Source: Desulfuromonadales bacterium
Lineage (GTDB): Bacteria > Desulfobacterota > Desulfuromonadia > Desulfuromonadales > JACZKF01
Length of the DNA stretch: 64,000 nt
Direction of reading: 5' to 3'
NCBI GenBank assembly: GCA_041677125.1
Contig: JBAYQP010000007.1
Location: forward strand, 13,998 to 77,997
In this document: piece after piece, positions 53,900-63,065 of the stretch
Layout of the letters: every line of letters starts with the position of its first letter
Numbering within the stretch: the stretch's first letter is position 1
The notes under the pieces: generated by a model
Databases searched by the model: none
The model's input: only the letters and a program-made list of their open reading frames with translations
Told to the model about the DNA's origin: nothing
Made by a program: the position numbers and the translations under genes

Positions 53900-54873
53900 T
53901 GCCCGGCATCTGGCGGGAAATCCTTTGGCTGATTCTCTGGGCCGGCGCTCTTGGGACCATGACGACTTTTGCTCTGCGCTGGCTGGGCGGCGATCAATAT
54001 CTGGCCGGCCGTCTGGCCGGCTATTTCATGCCCTGGCTGCTGGCGGTCCTGCTCCCCGGGCTGCTTATCGCCATGGTCGCCCAACGCAAATGGCTGGCAC
54101 TCGCCCTCGGTGCGCCCATCGCCCTGATTGTGATCACCTACGCCCCGCTTTTTCTGCCCGCGTCCGAAGAACGGCCACCCGCCGCCTTGAAAGTCATGAG
54201 CTACAACATCTGGTCGCACAACGAGGACATGGCGGCGGCCGCCGCGGTTATCCGCCGGGAGCAGCCGGACATTTTAATGCTTCAGGAAATCAACAGCCGC
54301 CAATTGGGCCGTTTGCAGTTGCTGTTGGACGATCTCCACCCCAGCGGCGCCCTGCACATCATCCATGATGACGATTTGCTGCAAGCCGTGGTAAGTCGTT
54401 TTCCCGTTGTTCCCCTTGAAAGCCTGCGGCATCGCGGTCAGGCGCAACAGGCGCGAATCGCAACGACCTGGGGGCCGGTGACGGTTTTCAACGTCCATCC
54501 CCTGCGGCACGGTGGGTGGCATCATCGGTACAGGCAAATCGTTGCGCTGCTGAAGGAGGAGGTTTTGGACGAACAAGGTCCGACCATTCTGGCCGGAGAT
54601 TTCAATGTCAACGATCAGACGCAACTTTACCGGAAAATCACCCGCTATTTGCGCGACGCCCATTGGCAGGCCGGGTTCGGATTTGGCTTCACCTTTCCGG
54701 CCGATGCGAGCCGCTTTTATCGAAAATATAAAATCCCACCCCTGATCCGCATCGACCATATTTTCTACTCCCCCCATTTTCTCGCCCAAAATGCCCGCAC
54801 CCTCCAGGACTCGGGCGGTTCCGACCATTATCCCGTGGTCGCCGAGCTTATTCCGCCGGCAATTCGCCCCTAG
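53896..54873 (+). CDS. Membrane-anchored endonuclease/exonuclease/phosphatase (EEP) family protein
   Basis: ATGA overlap with the sugar transferase. It has ~3 N-terminal TM segments, then the EEP motifs MSYNIW, LMLQEI, AGDFN and GGSDHYPV. Confidence 0.7.
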   Translation: MMPGIWREILWLILWAGALGTMTTFALRWLGGDQYLAGRLAGYFMPWLLAVLLPGLLIAMVAQRKWLALALGAPIALIVITYAPLFLPASEERPPAALKVMSYNIWSHNEDMAAAAAVIRREQPDILMLQEINSRQLGRLQLLLDDLHPSGALHIIHDDDLLQAVVSRFPVVPLESLRHRGQAQQARIATTWGPVTVFNVHPLRHGGWHHRYRQIVALLKEEVLDEQGPTILAGDFNVNDQTQLYRKITRYLRDAHWQAGFGFGFTFPADASRFYRKYKIPPLIRIDHIFYSPHFLAQNARTLQDSGGSDHYPVVAELIPPAIRP

Positions 54874-55020
54874 CATTTGCGCCGATTTCCCCTCCCTTTT
54901 AAACCGTCCCGCCAAAGTCCTGGTTTCTTTTGCAACCTAAGTTCCTCAACAAAAGGCTGGAAAAGCAAACGTAAGGACAATTGCGTTCTCTTGCCTTTCT
55001 GAAAACATAAGTATCAGTGA

Positions 55021-56265
55021 ATGAACAAAAATAAGCATTGGAACGATGACATGACCATGAGCCGAACCACGCTTTCGCCTGTCGCCGCCGAAAAGAAAAT
55101 CGCCTTTGCCCCATGGCCGTCCTTCTCGGAAGACGAGATTGCCGCCGCCGTTCGGGTTCTGCGATCGGGACGGGTCAATTACTGGACGGGCGACGAAGGA
55201 CGCAAATTCGAGGAAGAGTTTGCCCGCTTTGCCGGCGCCCGCTACGGCGTCGCGGTGGCGAACGGAACCGTCGCCTTGGAACTGGCGCTGCAGGCGCTGG
55301 GAATCGGCCCCGGCGATGAGGTGATCACCACCAGCCGAACCTTCATCGCCTCGGCCAGCGCCGTGGTCATGTGCGGCGCCAGGCCGGTGCTTGCCGATGT
55401 CGATCGCGACAGCCAGAACATCACCGCGGAAACGATCCGCCGCCGCCTGACGGCGCAAACCAGGGCGATTATCGCCGTCCATTTGGCGGGCTGGCCCTGT
55501 GACATGGACCCGATTCTCGATCTGGCGCGGGAACATAACCTGAAGATTATCGAGGATTGCGCCCAGGCGCACGGCGCCACCTATAAAGGGCGGCCGGTGG
55601 GGTCGTTGGGCGATGCGGCGGCTTTTTCTTTCTGCCAGGACAAGATCATGACCACCGGCGGCGAGGGTGGAATGCTGACCACCAACGATGGGGGCCTCTG
55701 GGAACGGGCCTGGTCCTTCAAGGATCACGGCAAAAGCTACCGGGCGGTTTACCACCGTCGGCATCCGAGCGGCTTTCGCTGGCTGCACGAATCCTTCGGC
55801 ACCAACTGGCGGATGACGGAAATGCAGGCGGCCATAGGCCGGGTTTCGCTGCGGCGGCTGCCTGCCTGGCTGACGCAGCGGCGGCGCCATGCCGCCCACC
55901 TGAACGACTATTTCCGTCGATTGCAAGCCCTGCGGGTTGTCGATCCCCCGGCGCAGGTGAGGCACGCCTGGTACAAGTACTATGCTTTTCTGCGGCCGGA
56001 GCGCCTCCGTCCCGGCTGGAGCCGGGATCGGATCGTCGCCGCGGTCAATGCCGAGGGGGTGCCCTGCTTCAGTGGCAGTTGCAGTGAAATTTATCTGGAG
56101 AAAGCCTTTGCCGACCGCTTTTTGCAGCCGGCGGCGCGCCTGCCGGTGGCGCGTGAACTGGGGGAAACCAGCCTGATGTTGCAGGTCCATCCAACGTTGA
56201 GCGGTCGCGAAATGGATGCGACCTGCGACGCGATAGCCAAAGTCCTCCAAATCTCAACCGTGTGA
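55021..56265 (+). CDS. DegT/DnrJ/EryC1/StrS family sugar aminotransferase
   Basis: The PLP-Lys region is FSFCQDKIMTTGGEGGML, and EDCAQAHGA is also present. The start is uncertain (ATG 55021, 55051 or 55057). Confidence 0.9.
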   Translation: MNKNKHWNDDMTMSRTTLSPVAAEKKIAFAPWPSFSEDEIAAAVRVLRSGRVNYWTGDEGRKFEEEFARFAGARYGVAVANGTVALELALQALGIGPGDEVITTSRTFIASASAVVMCGARPVLADVDRDSQNITAETIRRRLTAQTRAIIAVHLAGWPCDMDPILDLAREHNLKIIEDCAQAHGATYKGRPVGSLGDAAAFSFCQDKIMTTGGEGGMLTTNDGGLWERAWSFKDHGKSYRAVYHRRHPSGFRWLHESFGTNWRMTEMQAAIGRVSLRRLPAWLTQRRRHAAHLNDYFRRLQALRVVDPPAQVRHAWYKYYAFLRPERLRPGWSRDRIVAAVNAEGVPCFSGSCSEIYLEKAFADRFLQPAARLPVARELGETSLMLQVHPTLSGREMDATCDAIAKVLQISTV

Positions 56266-56299
56266 GTGCCCGATTCCTCCCTCTCATGAGCATGAAACC

Positions 56300-58231
56300 A
56301 TGGAAAACAATCTTGGCTTTTTCGGCCGCAAACTGTTGATTATCGGTATCCAGATTACGATTGTTGTCGTCTCTTTCTGGTTCTCTTTCCTCCTGCGTTT
56401 CGATCTGCGCATTCCGGAAAAATTCGTTTTCGCCGCCTTATGGCTGATGCCGCTGGTGATCATCGCCAAGTTGCTGGTCTTCTGGGTTTCCGGCCTTTTC
56501 TCCGGCTGGTGGCGCTACGTTTCGATTCCCGATCTGCTGGCTTTGCTGCGGGCCAATATCTTCGGATCTCTCGCGTTTTTGCCGATCGCCCTTTTTTTCT
56601 TCCGCTTCAGCGGGTTTCCCCGTTCCGTGCTGATTATCGATGCCATCCTCTGCTTTTTGCTCATGGGTGGGGTGCGGATCGTCGCCCGGATGCTGCGCGA
56701 GCATATCGAAATGAATCGCAAGGGAAAACGCAACCGGCAGACCGTACTGATTGTCGGCGCCGGAGCGGTCGGGCAGACCTTTGTCCGGGAGATTCGGCAA
56801 AATCCCAATCTGAACATGTCGGTGCACGGTTTCATCGACGGCGATCCGAGCCGGCAGAAGCAGCGCTTTCTCGGCGTTCCGGTGTTGGGAACTCCGGACC
56901 AAATGGAAAAAATTTTCAACCGGGAGCGCATCGACCAGGTGATCATCGCGCAAGCCGCGGTCAGCCCCAGAACGTTGCGCAGGATCGTCGAGATATGCCG
57001 CAAGGCCGGGGTCACTTCGAAGATTTTGCCGGCCGTCGGCTCCTTGCTGAACTGCGATATCTCGGTGCGCCAGATTCGGGATATTCAGGTCCATGATCTT
57101 CTCGGGCGGCCGCCGGTGCAGCTCGAAATCGATGAAATCCGCACGTTTCTGACCGGGAAGCGCATTCTGGTCACGGGCGCCGGGGGCAGCATCGGCAGTG
57201 AAATCTGCCGGCAGGTGGCGGCCTTCGCGCCGCAGAGCCTGATCGTTCTCGACCACGCGGAAACGCCTCTTTTTCACATCGAGGGGGAGCTGCGCGAGCT
57301 GTTTCCCGCTCTGGACCTGTATCCCTGCCTGAACGACATTCGCGACCGCGCGAGCATGCGGGCGATCTTTGCCGCACGGCGTCCCGAAGTGGTTTTCCAT
57401 GCCGCCGCCTACAAGCACGTGCCCATGTCGGAATGCAACCCGATCTCGGCGGTGCGCAATAATATTTTCGGCACACGCAACATCGCCGATTTGGCCGACG
57501 AATTCGGGGTCGGTAAATTCGTCATGATTTCCACCGACAAGGCGGTCAATCCCGCCAATACCATGGGCGCCAGCAAGCGGGCGGCGGAGATTTACGTGCA
57601 GGCTTTGGCGCGACGCAGCGCAACCCAGATGGTGACCGTGCGCTTCGGCAATGTGCTGGGCAGCAACGGCAGTGTCGTGCCGATCTTTCGGCGGCAGATC
57701 GAACGCGGCGGGCCGGTGACCGTCACCCATCCGGATGTGACGCGGTTTTTCATGACCATTCCCGAAGCGGTGCAACTCGTTCTGCAGGCGGGGAGCATGG
57801 GAGTCGGCGGGGAAATTTTCCTGCTCGACATGGGTAAGCCGGTGCGGATCGTGCGTCTTGCCGAAGAAATGATTCGTCTTTCGGGAGTGGGGCTGCAGCG
57901 CGATATTCCCATCGTCTTTACCGGACTGCGGCCCGGCGAAAAGATGCATGAGGAACTCCTGCTCGCTGGCGAGGGGGTGCAGCCGACCCGGCATGCAAAA
58001 ATCAAAGTCGCCCATGCCACTTTTTACGATGAAATCCAATTGAGCCGGTTGCTGGACCAGATGTATCAGGCCGCCCGGAGGATGGAGAGCCAACGCGTCC
58101 TGCGCCTGCTCAACGATATCGTGCCCGAATATCGTCCCGACCGCCCGGTCGGCAACGATCAGCCGTACCTGATCCATCCCCAGAGTCCCTTGATCGCCCT
58201 GCCCACCCTCGACTTCAAGTCGGCGCAGTAA
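56300..58231 (+). CDS. Membrane-bound nucleotide-sugar 4,6-dehydratase (CapD/PglF/WbpM family)
   Basis: It has four N-terminal TM segments, Rossmann motifs VGAGAVG and TGAGGSIGSE, AAYKHVPMSE and STDKAVNPANTMGASKR. Confidence 0.9.
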   Translation: MENNLGFFGRKLLIIGIQITIVVVSFWFSFLLRFDLRIPEKFVFAALWLMPLVIIAKLLVFWVSGLFSGWWRYVSIPDLLALLRANIFGSLAFLPIALFFFRFSGFPRSVLIIDAILCFLLMGGVRIVARMLREHIEMNRKGKRNRQTVLIVGAGAVGQTFVREIRQNPNLNMSVHGFIDGDPSRQKQRFLGVPVLGTPDQMEKIFNRERIDQVIIAQAAVSPRTLRRIVEICRKAGVTSKILPAVGSLLNCDISVRQIRDIQVHDLLGRPPVQLEIDEIRTFLTGKRILVTGAGGSIGSEICRQVAAFAPQSLIVLDHAETPLFHIEGELRELFPALDLYPCLNDIRDRASMRAIFAARRPEVVFHAAAYKHVPMSECNPISAVRNNIFGTRNIADLADEFGVGKFVMISTDKAVNPANTMGASKRAAEIYVQALARRSATQMVTVRFGNVLGSNGSVVPIFRRQIERGGPVTVTHPDVTRFFMTIPEAVQLVLQAGSMGVGGEIFLLDMGKPVRIVRLAEEMIRLSGVGLQRDIPIVFTGLRPGEKMHEELLLAGEGVQPTRHAKIKVAHATFYDEIQLSRLLDQMYQAARRMESQRVLRLLNDIVPEYRPDRPVGNDQPYLIHPQSPLIALPTLDFKSAQ

Positions 58232-58299
58232 TCGCGTGGGGACAGGTTGACAACCCTTTTGGATTTGTTAAACCAACTTAAATGAAAAGGGGGAAAATC

Positions 58300-59652
58300 A
58301 TGAAATTCGCCTGCGCTGTCGGCTGGTCGTGGCGTTTGGTCGCCGGGATGTTTTTTCTCGCCGTATTCCTGCGGGCGCCCCTGATTGCGTCGGCGCAAGA
58401 GGTTTCCCCCATAACCGGCGACAGCGGTTTGGCCCAGGCGGGTCCGTTGCCAGAGTTGCTCACCGAGGGAGACTGGGCCGGCGAAATCTATGGCGGGCGC
58501 AGCGGTTACGTCCACCCCTTCCTGTCGCTGGAAGAATATTATACGGACAATCTCTTCAACGAGCCGGAAAATGAAGAGGATGATTTCATTACCGTCATCT
58601 CGCCCGGGGTGTGGTTTTCCTTCCCCGCCGGTTCTCGCCAGCCCTTGCAGGTTACCACCCTCAATTCCACCCCGGGCGGCCTTGGCGTGACCCGCTTCCC
58701 GATCGAAAACCGGCGGCGTTTGCAGGGTTATGCCCTGTATCGCGCGGATATTACCGAGCACCAGGATTTTACGGGGGAGGACAACGTCTCGCAACGGGCC
58801 GAAGGATTGCTCGGCTACAGTTTTCGCGGCGGACTATCCCTGGAAGTTCTCAATATCTTCGAGATCGAGCAAGAGCCTTATGGCACCGGCGACAGTAGCC
58901 TCGACAACCGTGAACTGGAAGAATTCACCTCCAACCTGTTTCAGGTTTTAGCCAATTACCGCATCAGCCCCAAAACCCGGGTGCGCGCCGATTTTTCCCA
59001 TTACTCTTTGGATTTCGATAACGAGGCGCGCAACGGTTTTCGCGAACGGGAAGACAAACTCCTTTCCCTCTACGGGTTTTACCGGCTCTTTCCGAAATCA
59101 TCGCTGTTGCTGCAATACGAGTACATCGACATCGATTACGATCAGCGGGAGATTTCCGACAGCGACGAGAACCGGCTGCTGACCGGATTGGTCTGGGAGG
59201 TGACCACCAGAACACGGGGTACGATTAAGTTCGGTTACGCCTGGCGCTCCTTCGATGTCGGGCCGGACCGGGACGAGTTCATCGGCGAGGTTCGCCTCGA
59301 CCACCGCTTCACTGCGAAAACGTCGGCCTACCTGCTGTTCACCCGGCGCATCGAAGAGACGGATGTTCGTGCCGCCCAGGATATCCTGTCGCACCGCCTG
59401 CAAGCCGGTTATCGGCAGCGCCTGCTGCCCCGGCTCACCGGAACGACGGACCTTTATTACTATCGGGACGAATATCAGGGGGGCGTGGATCGCGAAGACG
59501 ATGTTTACGGCGCCCGGCTGGCGCTGGGTTATGCGTTTCGCCCCTGGCTGACCGCCGGGCTGGGCTACAACTATTTTGAACGCGATTCGACCCAGGCGGC
59601 GGCCGACTACGTCGGCAACACCCTTTACCTGACCCTCACGGCGGCTCTGTAG
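58300..59652 (+). CDS. Outer-membrane beta-barrel protein of polysaccharide-export loci
   Basis: ATG 58300 lies 6 nt after AAGGGGGA. It has a signal peptide ending ...LIASAQE, then alternating-hydrophobicity strands rich in Y/R/D/G throughout (YYTDNLFN, GYAFRPWLTAGLGYNYFERD). Confidence 0.6.
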   Translation: MKFACAVGWSWRLVAGMFFLAVFLRAPLIASAQEVSPITGDSGLAQAGPLPELLTEGDWAGEIYGGRSGYVHPFLSLEEYYTDNLFNEPENEEDDFITVISPGVWFSFPAGSRQPLQVTTLNSTPGGLGVTRFPIENRRRLQGYALYRADITEHQDFTGEDNVSQRAEGLLGYSFRGGLSLEVLNIFEIEQEPYGTGDSSLDNRELEEFTSNLFQVLANYRISPKTRVRADFSHYSLDFDNEARNGFREREDKLLSLYGFYRLFPKSSLLLQYEYIDIDYDQREISDSDENRLLTGLVWEVTTRTRGTIKFGYAWRSFDVGPDRDEFIGEVRLDHRFTAKTSAYLLFTRRIEETDVRAAQDILSHRLQAGYRQRLLPRLTGTTDLYYYRDEYQGGVDREDDVYGARLALGYAFRPWLTAGLGYNYFERDSTQAAADYVGNTLYLTLTAAL

Positions 59653-59681
59653 AAACATTTCTCCCGAAAGAGGAAGACAAC

Positions 59682-60479
59682 ATGAAAGGCATCTGGATCG
59701 CTGTACTGCTTCTCGGCGCTTTGCTGTCGGCTGGCCCGGGCCACGCCGTCGATAACAATTACCGTATCGGCGAAGGGGACATCATCAGGATTACCGTGTA
59801 CGACAATCCCGACTTGACCACCCAGACCCGGGTGACCAGCAATGGCACCATCAACTTTCCCTTGATCGGCACCGTGCAAATCGGGGCTCTTTCCGTCGGT
59901 CAGGTGGCGGAAGCCATTGCCGGACGGCTTTCCGGCGGCTATCTCGTCGATCCCCAGGTTGCGGTTTTTGTCGAAGAATTCCGCAGTCAGAAGGCGGTCA
60001 TCATGGGGGAGGTGGCGACCCCCGGATTGTACGAGCTGAGCGGCCATACCACGTTGCTCCAGCTGATCTCCAAGGCGGGCGGAGTCACCCCGGATGCCGA
60101 TGATACGGTCAGTATTCGACGCACCGCCGAAGGGCGCGCGGGGGAACAGGTGGTCACCGTCGATCTGCAAAAAATCCTCGAAACCGGCGATCCCTCCCTG
60201 GATGTGGCGATCCTCGACGGGGACAGCATTTTCGTTAACAAAGCCGGCGTTTTTTATGTGACCGGAGAAGTGCGCAAGCCGGATTCCTATCGGCTGGAAA
60301 AAGGCATTTCGGTGATCACCGCCATCACCAAGGCCGGCGGCTTTACCGAGCTGGCCTCCAAGGGCAAGGTGCGCATCATCCGGAAGATCGATGGCCGCGA
60401 GAAAACCATCACCAATGTTTCCCTGCATGAACCGGTGCAGGTCAACGACGTCATCGTCGTGCCGGAGAGCTTCTTTTGA
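59682..60479 (+). CDS. Polysaccharide export protein (Wza-like: Poly_export + SLBB)
   Basis: It has a signal peptide and contains YRIGEGDIIRITVYDNPDL, NGTINFPLIGTVQIGALS and the SLBB motif GDSIFV. Confidence 0.85.
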   Translation: MKGIWIAVLLLGALLSAGPGHAVDNNYRIGEGDIIRITVYDNPDLTTQTRVTSNGTINFPLIGTVQIGALSVGQVAEAIAGRLSGGYLVDPQVAVFVEEFRSQKAVIMGEVATPGLYELSGHTTLLQLISKAGGVTPDADDTVSIRRTAEGRAGEQVVTVDLQKILETGDPSLDVAILDGDSIFVNKAGVFYVTGEVRKPDSYRLEKGISVITAITKAGGFTELASKGKVRIIRKIDGREKTITNVSLHEPVQVNDVIVVPESFF

Positions 60480-60569
60480 AGCCGTCCCCAAAACTCGCCA
60501 ACGGCGGCGTCGCCGCAAGTGCTCCCGCTGCTTCGATCTCCATAAGCACGCATCATTGCCCGACAATCG

Positions 60570-60607
60570 CGCGAATGGCCTTTGGCGCTGTTTGCCTGCC
60601 ATTCGCG
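60570..60607 (+). repeat. 10-bp perfect inverted repeat in the wza-wzc spacer
   Basis: CGCGAATGGC-N18-GCCATTCGCG, ending 27 nt upstream of ATG 60635. Confidence 0.7.
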
Positions 60608-60634
60608 GCGCACCCCCTTTGAAAGGAATAAGGC

Positions 60635-62788
60635 ATGCAACAGGAACTGCACCTGAGAGATATCTTCAAGATCCTCAGAAAACACCGGGTGTCGATTTGC
60701 CTGACCTTTTTCGGCGTCCTGGCGATCGCGATGGCGGTAACTTTCATGACCACCCCCCTGTACGAAGCCAAGACGAAGCTGGTCATCGAACGCAGCGAGC
60801 CAAGCAATCTGACCGACCGCACCCCTTCCGTCAGTCGCGACCCCGAATTCTACGAAACACAGTACCAGTTTATCCGCAGTCGGGCTGTCGCACGGCGCGT
60901 GGTCGATCACCTGGCGGTGGAACAGCAGGAGATGTTGTCGCAATTATTGGTCGAGGATAGCCGCAGCCTGCTGAAGGAATGGCTGGATCGCGCGAAAACC
61001 CTGGTCGGCTGGACCGGTAACGAAGCAATCGAGGAGGAAAAGCCGGCCGATCCGCACGAGCGGTTGGCGCGGATGATCAGCGAAGGGATCAAGGTGCGAC
61101 CGGTGGAAAACAGCCGTTTGGTGCAGATCGGTTTTCTCGCCACCGACCCGCTTTTTGCTTCGCAGGTCGTCAATACCGTCGTCGATTCCTATCGGGCGGA
61201 AATCAACCAGATGAAAATGGAGACCAGCAAGCAATCGATGGACTGGATGAACCGCAAGGCGGACAGCGAATCGGTCAAATTGCGGGCCGCCGAAGACAAC
61301 CTGCAGAAATACATGGGGGACAACAGCGTCCTCACCCTGGAAAACCGCATCGCCATCATTCCGGAGAAACTTTCCCGCCTCAGTGGCGAATTGGTGACGG
61401 CGGAGGCGCGCCGCCAGCAACTGGAGGCGCTGATGGCCAAGGTGGACAAATTTGCCGACAACCCGGACGCGGCGGAATCGGTTTCCGCCGTCCTCTCCGA
61501 TTCGGCGTTGCAGAGCCTGCGGGCGGAAATCGTCGGCGCGGAAAAAACGATTCTCGAGCTGTCGGGCAAATACGGGCCGAAACATCCGGTGATGCTCAAA
61601 GCCGTCGGCGATCTGGACATTCTGCAACGAAAAAAGAATCAGGAAATCGCCAGAATCGTTAGTTCCATCCGCAACGACTACGAACTCGCCCAGGCGAACG
61701 AGAGAAACCTGCGCGTCCAGCTGGAGCAAACGAAAACCGAGGCGTTGAAAATGAATGAAAAATTCATGGAATTTCAAACGCTGAAAACAGAAGTCGACGC
61801 CAATCGCAAGCTGGTCGACGCCCTGGTGACCAGAATGAAAGAAGAGGGGATTACCTCGGAGAGCCAGTCGGTGAAAATGTGGGTGGTGGAAAAGGCCGCC
61901 ATTCCCCAGTCGCCGGCGCGCCCGCTCAAGGCGTTGAATCTGTCTCTCGGGATGGTTCTCGGCCTCCTCGGCGGGGCCGGTCTGGCTTTTTTCCGCGAAT
62001 ATCTCGATAACTCGATAAAAAATCCGGACGAGGCGGAACTGGCCTTCGACACCCCGGTGCTGGGCACCATTTCCCTGAGCCGGCGCGAACGGATCGAGCA
62101 GATTGTGCTGGAAGAGCCCCTGTCCGCATTTGCCGAGGGCTACAAGTCCCTGCGCACCATTATCCTCAACGGCGGCGCCCGCTGCCGTAAAGTGCTGCTG
62201 ACCAGCTCGCTGCCGGGCGAGGGGAAGACAACGACCTCGGTCAACCTGGCCATCGCACTGGCGCAGGCCGATAAGCGGGTGTTGCTAATTGACGCCGATT
62301 TGCGCAAACCCCGCGTCCACGACATCTTCCGCCTGAACAATCGGCAAGGTCTGAGTCGGTTGTTGTCGCAGCCGGGCGCCCAGGAAATCACCTCCTGCCT
62401 CCAACCGGGTCCCTGCCCCAACCTGACGGTGCTGACGGCCGGGCCGATCCCCCCGAACCCGTCCGAATTGCTGCAATCCAAAAGGATGAAAGACCTGCTG
62501 CATCTGTTGGCGGAAAAATTCGATTACATCATCTGCGACTCGCCGCCGGTGCTGGCCGTCGAGGATTCACGCATTCTCAGCGCGCTGTTCGACAGCATAC
62601 TGCTGGTGGCCAAAGCGCACATGACGTCTTTCGAGGAAGCCGGGCGCTCTCTAAAGCAACTGCGCTGCGTCAAGGCGCCGGTTCTCGGCATTGTGGTCAA
62701 CGGCCTCGATCAGCGGAAAACCGATTATTATTACCACCGCCAGTATTACTCGGCGTACCAGGAGAAGCCGTTAAAATTGCAGGCTTGA
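60635..62788 (+). CDS. Polysaccharide co-polymerase / tyrosine autokinase (Wzz domain fused to BY-kinase, Wzc/GumC-like)
   Basis: It has an N-terminal Wzz domain with a TM segment, a long coiled coil and a second TM segment. The kinase motifs are Walker A SSLPGEGKTTTS, A' LLIDADLRKP and B YIICDSPP. The C-terminal Tyr cluster is DYYYHRQYYSAY. Confidence 0.9.
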   Translation: MQQELHLRDIFKILRKHRVSICLTFFGVLAIAMAVTFMTTPLYEAKTKLVIERSEPSNLTDRTPSVSRDPEFYETQYQFIRSRAVARRVVDHLAVEQQEMLSQLLVEDSRSLLKEWLDRAKTLVGWTGNEAIEEEKPADPHERLARMISEGIKVRPVENSRLVQIGFLATDPLFASQVVNTVVDSYRAEINQMKMETSKQSMDWMNRKADSESVKLRAAEDNLQKYMGDNSVLTLENRIAIIPEKLSRLSGELVTAEARRQQLEALMAKVDKFADNPDAAESVSAVLSDSALQSLRAEIVGAEKTILELSGKYGPKHPVMLKAVGDLDILQRKKNQEIARIVSSIRNDYELAQANERNLRVQLEQTKTEALKMNEKFMEFQTLKTEVDANRKLVDALVTRMKEEGITSESQSVKMWVVEKAAIPQSPARPLKALNLSLGMVLGLLGGAGLAFFREYLDNSIKNPDEAELAFDTPVLGTISLSRRERIEQIVLEEPLSAFAEGYKSLRTIILNGGARCRKVLLTSSLPGEGKTTTSVNLAIALAQADKRVLLIDADLRKPRVHDIFRLNNRQGLSRLLSQPGAQEITSCLQPGPCPNLTVLTAGPIPPNPSELLQSKRMKDLLHLLAEKFDYIICDSPPVLAVEDSRILSALFDSILLVAKAHMTSFEEAGRSLKQLRCVKAPVLGIVVNGLDQRKTDYYYHRQYYSAYQEKPLKLQA

Positions 62789-62808
62789 GCCGGGAAAGAT
62801 TTTCTCCC

Positions 62809-62837
62809 TTGACTTTGTTTTCCGATTTCTGTTAAAA
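62809..62837 (+). promoter_or_regulatory. Candidate sigma70 promoter for the tRNA-Gln/tRNA-Glu pair
   Basis: TTGACT, a 17-nt spacer, then TTAAAA; it ends 13 nt before the tRNA-Gln 5' end. Confidence 0.4.
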
Positions 62838-62849
62838 GTGCTGCGCTCT

Positions 62850-62923
62850 TGGGGTGTCGCCAAGCGGTAAGGCAACGGACTCTGACTCCGTCATCCTAGG
62901 TTCGAATCCTAGCACCCCAGCCA
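62850..62923 (+). tRNA. tRNA-Gln (CTG)
   Basis: Acceptor TGGGGTG/CACCCCA, 3-bp D stem GCC/GGC, anticodon arm ACGGA-CTCTGAC-TCCGT, T-loop GTTCGAATC and an encoded CCA. Confidence 0.95.
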
Positions 62924-62961
62924 GATTTACTCAGGCGCCCCACGTTGCGTTCATATATTTT

Positions 62962-63037
62962 GGTCCCTTCGTCTAGCGGTCCAGGACACCGGCCTTTCAC
63001 GTCGGTAACACGGGTTCGATTCCCGTAGGGATCACCA
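62962..63037 (+). tRNA. tRNA-Glu (TTC)
   Basis: Starts GGTCCCTTCGTCTAGCGGTCCAGGAC..., with anticodon loop CTTTCAC, T-arm ACGGG-TTCGATT-CCCGT, acceptor 3' strand AGGGATC and an encoded CCA. Confidence 0.95.
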
Positions 63038-63065
63038 AAACATAGTCGGACAGCGTTCCGGACGA

